Virus genome (UHGV): UHGV-0194282
Reading direction: 5' to 3' (one strand)
Length of the DNA: 15,247 bases
DNA from: a virus
Numbering within the stretch: position 1 is the stretch's first letter; the number at the start of each line of letters is the position of its first letter. Of this stretch, positions 9,816 through 15,247 are shown piece after piece. The notes under the pieces are model-generated. The model was not told where the DNA came from and did not search any database. It saw only the letters and a program-made list of their open reading frames with translations. The translations under genes were made by a program, and so were the position numbers.

Positions 9816-11411
9816 TTATCGTCGCCGGTTAACAGCGGGTGGTTGCCCACGGTTGTCCGTCCCCACTTCACACAGATAAACGCCCCGCTGATTGCGGGTT
9901 TTCGGCATGGTGATCACCGGCTTGCCATAGACAGACGCGCCTTTTACCGGCAGCACACGGAAAACACCGTGTTTTTTTGACCTCTGGTAGACGATTTCAC
10001 CATCGATCCCCCCGGTGTCCCAGCAGACACGGGAAATGGTCATTTCGGTGCCATCCGCATGGCGGTATTTTTTGTTGATCGCCGCATCCACACGTAACAG
10101 CGTCTCTTCCTCATCAGGACGCCCCATAATGATGATTTTATCCACCAGAAAAGCTTCCTCTCCCGGTGCCCATCCCCAGACATACATCTCAAAACGGTTT
10201 CGCTGCGAGTCAATGCCCGCCGTCAGATAAACCACCCGGGCAGGCACCGCCGCCGTGTAACGCACAACCTTATCCATCAGCACCTGGTGATCGAGTTTTT
10301 CGCCCACGGCCTCTTCCCAGGTCTCGCCCAGCGTGGTGTTCACAAAGGTTTTCAGGCCGTTGGGATCTTTCAGTGCATCCAGCCAGTCATAGACTATCTG
10401 TACCCAGGTGGTGAACGGACTGTACGCTGTCCAGATATGGAACGTGATGGAGCGCGGCGGCGGAATTTCATTATCCGCGGCGCTGAAAAACGTCAGACCG
10501 TCACGGGTCCACATCCCCGTGTTTTCACAGATCCACCGCCCGTTGCTCTGGTCAAGCTCAGACTGATGGATCACGCAGCCATGATGTTCACAGAGGTAGA
10601 AAACGCTTTCGGGGCTGTCCTTCTCCCATTTAAGGCCAAAAGGCGTGGATTCATCGCCAAATTTCAGATACTGCTCCTCCCCACAGTGTGGGCAGGGCAC
10701 ATAAAAACGCATGAAATGCGCCGACTCGTTGGCCGCTTTTTCGATCTGGCAGGTGCCTTTGATTTTAGGCGTCGAGCCGCGAATGGATTTGGGCCATACA
10801 GAGCCCTCAATACGTTTATCCCCAAGCAGGGTTGGCGAACCCTCTTTTTCGACATCCGGTTCGAACGAGGAAAGTTCGTCATAGCAGACCACGTCCACGG
10901 ATTTTTCACGGTAGTTTTTGGCGGCAGCGCCGCCCAGGCACCAGAAACCCACACCCGATGAAAAGCGTTTCAGCGTGAGGGTATTGTCACGATGTTTACG
11001 CCCCAGCCATGGAAAAAGGTCTTTCAGACATGGCACATCCCGAATCGTCGCCTCCACGTGAGACTTCATAAAATCTTCAGCGGCAGAATCCGTGGGCTGA
11101 AAAAGCAGACTGTTTCGGGATTTATGCTCAATAAAATACCCGACCACCCCCAGCAACATCTTTGTATAGCCAACACGGGCAGATTTAATCAGATTAACAG
11201 TCCGGATCTGATCATTCCCCATGCTGTTCATGATGGCGATCTGGAACGGCAGCGTTTTCCATTCTCCCTCACCATATGAAGATTCTTTAGGCAGATAATA
11301 ATTTTGATCAGCCCATTCAACTGGCGTCACCGGCAATGCCCTTATCAGGGGCTGTAATGCTGTTGTGACAGCACTCATCATATTATTCAGTTGTTGCTCT
11401 GATATATTCAT
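9816..11411 (-). CDS. A: Terminase large subunit gpA, C-terminally truncated (531 aa; roughly 120 C-terminal residues replaced by 12 unrelated codons)
   Basis: From the internal ATG at 11411 (MNISEQQLNN...VEWADQNYYLPKES...) colinear with lambda gpA up to ...GVYLCEVGTD, then NRGQPPAVNRRR and stop, 15 bp before Z. The ORF-track start at 11468 is an upstream extension. Overlaps the Nu1-like gene by 29 nt, as in lambda. Confidence 0.85.
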   Translation of the reverse strand: MNISEQQLNNMMSAVTTALQPLIRALPVTPVEWADQNYYLPKESSYGEGEWKTLPFQIAIMNSMGNDQIRTVNLIKSARVGYTKMLLGVVGYFIEHKSRNSLLFQPTDSAAEDFMKSHVEATIRDVPCLKDLFPWLGRKHRDNTLTLKRFSSGVGFWCLGGAAAKNYREKSVDVVCYDELSSFEPDVEKEGSPTLLGDKRIEGSVWPKSIRGSTPKIKGTCQIEKAANESAHFMRFYVPCPHCGEEQYLKFGDESTPFGLKWEKDSPESVFYLCEHHGCVIHQSELDQSNGRWICENTGMWTRDGLTFFSAADNEIPPPRSITFHIWTAYSPFTTWVQIVYDWLDALKDPNGLKTFVNTTLGETWEEAVGEKLDHQVLMDKVVRYTAAVPARVVYLTAGIDSQRNRFEMYVWGWAPGEEAFLVDKIIIMGRPDEEETLLRVDAAINKKYRHADGTEMTISRVCWDTGGIDGEIVYQRSKKHGVFRVLPVKGASVYGKPVITMPKTRNQRGVYLCEVGTDNRGQPPAVNRRR

Positions 11412-11892
11412 CGAGTAAATCCGGTAATTTATCCCCCGCCCGCGCACACTGATTTGCCCCCTTCGCAATAAGGGTTTTCAGATGGTCAAGATGGCGCGGT
11501 GTTAAATCAGGAAACTGTCGCTGCATGGATAAAGGGATGGAATCAAGCGTACTGGATAACGCCATTGCCAGCTTGCTGAGGGCAAAAATACAGAACCCGG
11601 TATCAATAAGTTTTCCTTTTGACACCTCATTTTTTAACTGCTGTGTAACAGCCTGTTCTGCTGTCAGTTCCCATCTGGCAATAAGCAATTTCTCCTCATA
11701 GTCGTCTTCGCTATCGCCATCAGGCACATCGTTTTTACTTCTTCTCAGATACGATATGTAAAAATCGCGCCAGGCATCCAGATCCAGTTGCCCTCGCTTA
11801 TTCGATATCGGGGCACCCGGCAATTTCTGCAATCTGCGAAGCTGGCGATCGGTCAGACTTAAATGCCTGGCAACTTCAGTCTGCGTAGCCAC
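11383..11892 (-). CDS. nu1: Terminase small subunit (Nu1-like; non-lambda N-terminal DNA-binding domain), GTG start
   Basis: C-terminal half (...TGFCIFALSKLAMALSSTLDSIPLSMQRQFPDLTPRHLDHLK...LLDEYI) matches lambda Nu1; the N-terminal ~60 aa differ from lambda. GTG at 11892 preceded by GAGGTGAGGA. Sits next to cos. Confidence 0.85.
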   Translation of the reverse strand: MATQTEVARHLSLTDRQLRRLQKLPGAPISNKRGQLDLDAWRDFYISYLRRSKNDVPDGDSEDDYEEKLLIARWELTAEQAVTQQLKNEVSKGKLIDTGFCIFALSKLAMALSSTLDSIPLSMQRQFPDLTPRHLDHLKTLIAKGANQCARAGDKLPDLLDEYIRATTE

Positions 11893-11939
11893 TCCTCACC
11901 TCGCAAAAACTCTCACTTCACAATCACAACAAAACCGGT

Positions 11940-12038
11940 CATGTCCGGCTTACATGTCTATTTTTTGTGCATGTCCGGTTCACAGAAGACCTCTTTTTTT
12001 ATTTTTCATATAGTTAACTTGAAGAGAAACCGGACATG
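11940..12038. repeat. cosB-like array: three copies of CATGTCCGGyTy (two direct, one inverted) around an AT-rich spacer
   Basis: catgtccgg at 11940-11948 and 11970-11978, inverted ccggacatg at 12030-12038; AT-rich 11990-12029 between the second and third copies (IHF-site-like position). The layout cosN-R3-I1-R2-R1-Nu1 mirrors lambda cosB but the repeat sequence is not lambda's. Confidence 0.6.
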
Positions 12039-12075
12039 GTTCCCGGAAAATTTTCATAAATAGCGAAAACCCGCG

Positions 12076-12087
12076 AGGTCGCCGCCC
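12076..12087 (-). other. cosN cohesive-end site (lambda-type 12-nt GGGCGGCGACCT on the minus strand)
   Basis: Window 12054-12120 is the reverse complement of the lambda cos junction as I recall it (ggaaaattttcataaatagcgaaaacccgcgaggtcgccgccccgtaac...gatcaccggaaaggacccg). Confidence 0.85.
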
Positions 12088-12310
12088 CGTAACGGTCTGG
12101 ATCACCGGAAAGGACCCGCCAACGACTTTCGCGTGCAGGCATTAAAAATTTTGCAGTTCCATGCCTAGTTGAAACCTCGATTTCTATAACATCCAATTTT
12201 GTAAATTTAGATATAGCTCAACTTTTCCCAATGTTTTCAAGTGTATAAAAACAATTGGCGTTACGCCATAACACTATACTTAGGATAAGTAAAGATTTTA
12301 AGGAGTTTTA

Positions 12311-13378
12311 ATGAGTCAACATCAATATTATCCACAGCTGAAATGGAAGCCTGCTGAATATGAATCTCTGATGCTTTTAGATCAAACTACGCTCTCTGGT
12401 TTTACTCCGATCATTACCATTCCAGACATAGACTGGGATTATGAAAACGAATGCTACAAGAAGAGTTTGAGTTCTTACTTATCTGACTTCGGTATTAACC
12501 TTGCGGCATCCTGGAAAGCCAATCGTCCTGTTTTGCTGGATGTTAAATATTTAGATAAACATGGTTCGAGCCGCCATCATCCTCTAGATATGTGTATCCA
12601 AGATGCTAGAGTAAATGGTAAGGAAATTATCCCTGTTGTTTCTCCCGCATATTCAACAAACTATATACATGCTGTTCAACGCAACTTAATCAATGGGCTC
12701 GCTATATCTATCACCCCCCAGACATGGCACCAATTCACAAGTCTGGTTAACCACTTAAATATTCATCCTAGTTTAATTGATGTAATCATTGATTTTGGAG
12801 ATATTCAAAACGCAACTGATAGTTTAAAACAACAAGCATTAAGCATGGTCAACACATTATCAGGCCAAGCTCCGTGGAGAAACTTGATTTTATCTTCAAC
12901 CGCATACCCAGCATCACAGGCAGGGATACCGCAACATCAAGTTCATCATATTCCGCGCCATGAATACGATCTTTGGATGTACGTAGTACAGAATTTTAGC
13001 AATGGAAGAACGCCAAGTTTTAGTGATTATCCCACCGCTAGCTCTACCATTACGAGCGTAGACCCACGCTTCATGTCTCAGTATGTCTCAGTGAGATATT
13101 CGAACGATACCTCATGGATCTTTGTAAAAGGTACCGCAGTTAAAGGAAATGGATGGGGCCAAACTAAAAACTTATGTACTACCCTTGTTAGTTCGCCAGA
13201 GTATCAAGTCTTTGGTTCCAAATTTAGTTGGGGGGATGATTACATTTACCAAAGATCATTAGGCGCTAACAAATCTGGCGGCTCTAAAGAATGGCGTAAA
13301 GTTGCACATACGCACCATATTACGTTAGTCGTGAGACAGCTTTATTGGTTGGCGCAGACTCAGCCTGCCAAGCCTTAA
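12311..13378 (+). CDS. Hypothetical protein, 355 aa, low-GC cargo gene; function unknown
   Basis: Long + strand ORF with a strong Shine-Dalgarno (AAGGAG, 6 nt before the ATG) and AT-rich upstream region with -10-like hexamers. GC content clearly below the flanking phage genes. No catalytic motif I can name. Confidence 0.8.
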   Translation: MSQHQYYPQLKWKPAEYESLMLLDQTTLSGFTPIITIPDIDWDYENECYKKSLSSYLSDFGINLAASWKANRPVLLDVKYLDKHGSSRHHPLDMCIQDARVNGKEIIPVVSPAYSTNYIHAVQRNLINGLAISITPQTWHQFTSLVNHLNIHPSLIDVIIDFGDIQNATDSLKQQALSMVNTLSGQAPWRNLILSSTAYPASQAGIPQHQVHHIPRHEYDLWMYVVQNFSNGRTPSFSDYPTASSTITSVDPRFMSQYVSVRYSNDTSWIFVKGTAVKGNGWGQTKNLCTTLVSSPEYQVFGSKFSWGDDYIYQRSLGANKSGGSKEWRKVAHTHHITLVVRQLYWLAQTQPAKP

Positions 13379-13940
13379 CTTTCCAGCCTACGCGTTTCTT
13401 TAAGGCTGTTCTGACTTCAAGCCTGAGATTCGCTATTGGAATATTTTCCGCAATAATATTCCATAACTCAAATCGGGGCTTGCTTTTGATTCCTTTGGAA
13501 TAGCCCCATCGTTCAAGTACGTCGATACATTCATCTTTCCAAAGCAATTGAGCGAGCATCAATGTGTCATGGTTTCGATTAAGCTTTTCTCCACGCATGT
13601 GCTTTATAAGAATGGCGCCTTTTGGCCCAACAGAAACCGTTTTAACGCCCCACCAACCTGGGATTAACTTTAATGCTCCCTCAAGATGTTTCTCAGCTAC
13701 GACAAGAGTAACCTTGTCCATTACAGAAGAATAATGCTTGATTTGAAGAGGCAAACGCTCCAAAGAGTCATATTCACTTTTGAGCTCGTACCCGTGTATA
13801 ACACCATTTATTACAGCAATGTCTGCTCTACTGGCGCCAAGGGATATGGAAAATTCATCGACCACAAGGCAGTCTGGATCTAAATGCGATTCTTTCAAAA
13901 GCTTATGATGCACCGCGAACCTAACATCTTGATCTTTCAT
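13320..13940 (-). CDS. Hypothetical protein, 206 aa, with a PD-(D/E)xK nuclease-like motif
   Basis: Minus-strand ORF with AAGGAG 5 nt before the ATG. The N-terminal region has acidic residue E29 (VVDEF), D40 (RADIAV) and E52-x-K54 (GYELK), the spacing typical of PD-(D/E)xK nucleases. Convergent with the 355-aa gene; 3' ends overlap by 59 bp. Low GC. Confidence 0.8.
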   Translation of the reverse strand: MKDQDVRFAVHHKLLKESHLDPDCLVVDEFSISLGASRADIAVINGVIHGYELKSEYDSLERLPLQIKHYSSVMDKVTLVVAEKHLEGALKLIPGWWGVKTVSVGPKGAILIKHMRGEKLNRNHDTLMLAQLLWKDECIDVLERWGYSKGIKSKPRFELWNIIAENIPIANLRLEVRTALKKRVGWKVKAWQAESAPTNKAVSRLT

Positions 13941-14290
13941 GACTTCTCCTTACTCCCTCCGTTATTGAATTATAGCGCACTGCATTTTACTGCATTTGAG
14001 AGATTTGACCACTTCAATCACAAAATGCTTATCTGCAGCAACAAGATTCATAGCCATACGACTATGGTGATTACCTTTTGTCTGGAAAACTGACCATTCC
14101 ACGAAGATCAGATAGGTCTATAGAATCTTGGTTTGTCATAGCGTTCGCCTTACTTTGAGATGAACCTTTGCTGCATAGGAGATCAGCCCGTCAAGGCTCA
14201 CCAGCACTAACTGACTACTCAAAGGCTCATTCCAAAGGGTTTGGTTCGACGTGGTTGAGTGCACTGCGGTGCGCGGTGAAATACCTGTAC

Positions 14291-14317
14291 AAAAATGCCC
14301 CGCATCTGCGAGGCATT
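14291..14317 (-). terminator. Intrinsic terminator ~40 bp downstream of Rz/Rz1
   Basis: Stem aatgcc (14294-14299) / ggcatt (14312-14317) with a further internal cgca/tgcg pairing; on the minus strand it is followed by U5 (A5 at 14291-14295 on +). Confidence 0.55.
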
Positions 14318-14356
14318 TTCCTGAAAGTCACGTATTAAATTTCAGTGAAATTAAAA

Positions 14357-14794
14357 TTATTTTAAGCACTGCGTCCTGATGTACTCCTGCAGGTAGTTGA
14401 CCTGCGCGGTTATCTTGTCGATTCCACTTCGGAGACGGTAATAATTGAGTTCAGCATCTGCTGTAAGTCTTGGGCTTTCTCCATTGCCCATGCCGCTGGC
14501 TCCGGTCGTTGACTTTGCACAGGTAGCGGCGACTTGCAGGCGCTTACGCCCAGCAGAAACATCAGCACGGAGGCTTTCGATAGTCGCGTTAGCATCAGCA
14601 AGCTCCTTTGTATATCTGGCATCGAGTTCTGCTACGTCACGTTGACGCTTCTGCATATCAGCGATTGTGGATGTGGCTTTATCGCGCTGCTCTTTGTAGG
14701 TTATGGCGTTATCACGGTAATGATTCAGCCCCAGACTAAGCGCACCACAGGCCACCAGCAGGGCAATGATGACCACGCACAGTACGCGGTTCAT
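14357..14794 (-). CDS. Rz: Spanin inner-membrane subunit Rz (145 aa)
   Basis: MNRVLCVVIIALLVACGALSLGLNHYRDNAITYKEQRDK...DVAELDARYTKELADA...GRKRL matches lambda Rz; N-terminal transmembrane segment then coiled coil. Confidence 0.93.
   Translation of the reverse strand: MNRVLCVVIIALLVACGALSLGLNHYRDNAITYKEQRDKATSTIADMQKRQRDVAELDARYTKELADANATIESLRADVSAGRKRLQVAATCAKSTTGASGMGNGESPRLTADAELNYYRLRSGIDKITAQVNYLQEYIRTQCLK
14410..14595 (-). CDS. Rz1: Spanin outer-membrane lipoprotein Rz1 (~61 aa), embedded in the +1 frame of Rz
   Basis: From the internal ATG at 14595 (AAGGAG 8 nt upstream): MLTRLSKASVLMFLLGVSAC, a signal peptide with a lipobox, then a proline-rich mature region KSPLPVQSQRPEPAAW. The ORF track shows the longer 14410-14622 frame. 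Confidence 0.8.
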   Translation of the reverse strand: MLTRLSKASVLMFLLGVSACKSPLPVQSQRPEPAAWAMEKAQDLQQMLNSIITVSEVESTR

Positions 14795-14795
14795 T

Positions 14796-14894
14796 TCACC
14801 ACCAGCGTATCTGACCGATGAAATAACCGGAGGCCATAATCACAAACACCAGCCAGATAAGAATGAACTTCCAGGTGGATAATTTTTCAGCCAT
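14796..14894 (-). CDS. Possible small membrane protein (32 aa) translationally coupled to Rz
   Basis: ATG at 14894 preceded by GGGAGA about 8 nt upstream; product MAEKLSTWKFILIWLVFVIMASGYFIGQIRWW has one hydrophobic helix; its TGA stop lies 1 nt before the Rz ATG. The upstream part of the 89-aa track ORF spans a terminator hairpin and is not credited. Confidence 0.3.
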   Translation of the reverse strand: MAEKLSTWKFILIWLVFVIMASGYFIGQIRWW

Positions 14895-14969
14895 CACTCG
14901 AATCTCCCGAATCAGTTTGCTAAAATCAAACACACTTTCTCCTTTGACTTTTCCGGAGTCAGGAAACAC

Positions 14970-15003
14970 AAAACCCCGCTTGCAGCCAACAAACGGGGTT
15001 TTT
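14970..15003. terminator. Bidirectional terminator-like hairpin between the endolysin gene and the small ORF/Rz
   Basis: aaaaccccg (14970-14978) / cggggtttt (14994-15002) with a partly paired loop; T-tracts on both flanks. Confidence 0.4.
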
Positions 15004-15092
15004 ACTTTTATTCTCTTAGTTTTTGTCAGTTCGCAGGATTTCGTGTTATCCGTCCGTGTGAGCAAACCGCATTTTTCAGCAAAATATTCTGC

Positions 15093-15247
15093 TTATCTGT
15101 CAATTCCCCAGCACGCCAGCGCACTCTCCTGGTCGCGACGGGATACCTGACCGTAACAGTTGTTTGAGCGAATACGGCAGTCTCTGCCACCGTCCTTAAT
15201 CCACCAGCGAATCGCCTCACACGCTCCCCTGCGATCACCTGCATTAA
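15093..15247 (-). CDS. R: Endolysin (phage lysozyme R), C-terminal 50 codons; 5' part lies beyond the window
   Basis: Minus-strand frame reads ...NAGDRRGACEAIRWWIKDGGRDCRIRSNNCYGQVSRRDQESALACWGIDR then stop at 15093-15095, matching the C-terminus of lambdoid-prophage lysozymes as I recall them. Not in the ORF track because it is window-truncated and out of frame with the listed 72-aa ORF. Confidence 0.85.
   Translation of the reverse strand, partial: NAGDRRGACEAIRWWIKDGGRDCRIRSNNCYGQVSRRDQESALACWGIDR

Larger units (their letters stand above)
1..15247 (-). mobile_element. Defective lambda-like prophage segment (lysis cassette, cos, terminase, tail tip and fibre genes) with internal deletions
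   Basis: Colinear lambda gene order R-Rz-cos-Nu1-A-Z-U-K-I-J-lom-stf-tfa on the minus strand, recognised from the ORF translations; head and tail-shaft genes are missing. Confidence 0.9.

Noticed and set aside
10287-10961. 224-aa + strand ORF antisense to terminase A, and the 96-aa ORF 10664-10954
   Set aside because: Lie entirely inside the gpA coding sequence in other frames; no independent support.
12014-12196. 60-aa minus-strand ORF across cos
   Set aside because: Overlaps cosN and a cosB repeat, which are conserved as DNA sites; no ribosome-binding site.
11893-12310. Integrase attachment site, tRNA or CRISPR array in the non-coding stretches
   Set aside because: No tRNA-like cloverleaf, no regularly spaced direct repeats and no integrase gene in the window; the repeats present are explained as cosB elements.
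14895-15065. N-terminal 57 codons of the 89-aa ORF 14796-15065
   Set aside because: This part contains the terminator hairpin and has no start context; only the last 32 codons (from 14894) have a Shine-Dalgarno and a membrane-peptide-like sequence.
15026-15244. 72-aa minus-strand ORF at the right edge
   Set aside because: Wrong frame: a different frame of the same strand gives a clear lysozyme C-terminus ending at 15093.

Overview
This window is one contiguous piece of a degraded lambda-like prophage in an enterobacterial (E. coli/Shigella-type) chromosome, with almost every gene on the minus strand. Reading the minus strand from high to low coordinates: the 3' end of an endolysin gene (R), a possible 32-codon membrane ORF, the Rz/Rz1 spanins, an intrinsic terminator, a low-GC insert with two convergent genes of unknown function, a complete cos site, terminase small subunit (Nu1-like), a C-terminally truncated terminase large subunit (A), tail gene Z, a U'-'K fusion remnant, I, a 343-bp I-J spacer, J, lom, stf and the start of tfa. 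Two deletions have removed all head genes and the tail-shaft genes, so the element cannot make particles by itself, yet J, stf, lom, I, Z and Nu1 remain intact. The two places most worth follow-up are the low-GC gene pair in the Rz-cos slot (12311-13940), a candidate uncharacterised defence or abortive-infection module, and a promoter-to-terminator unit of about 97 nt in the I-J spacer, a candidate prophage small RNA. All protein assignments rest on my recollection of lambda protein sequences compared with the supplied translations; no database search was run.
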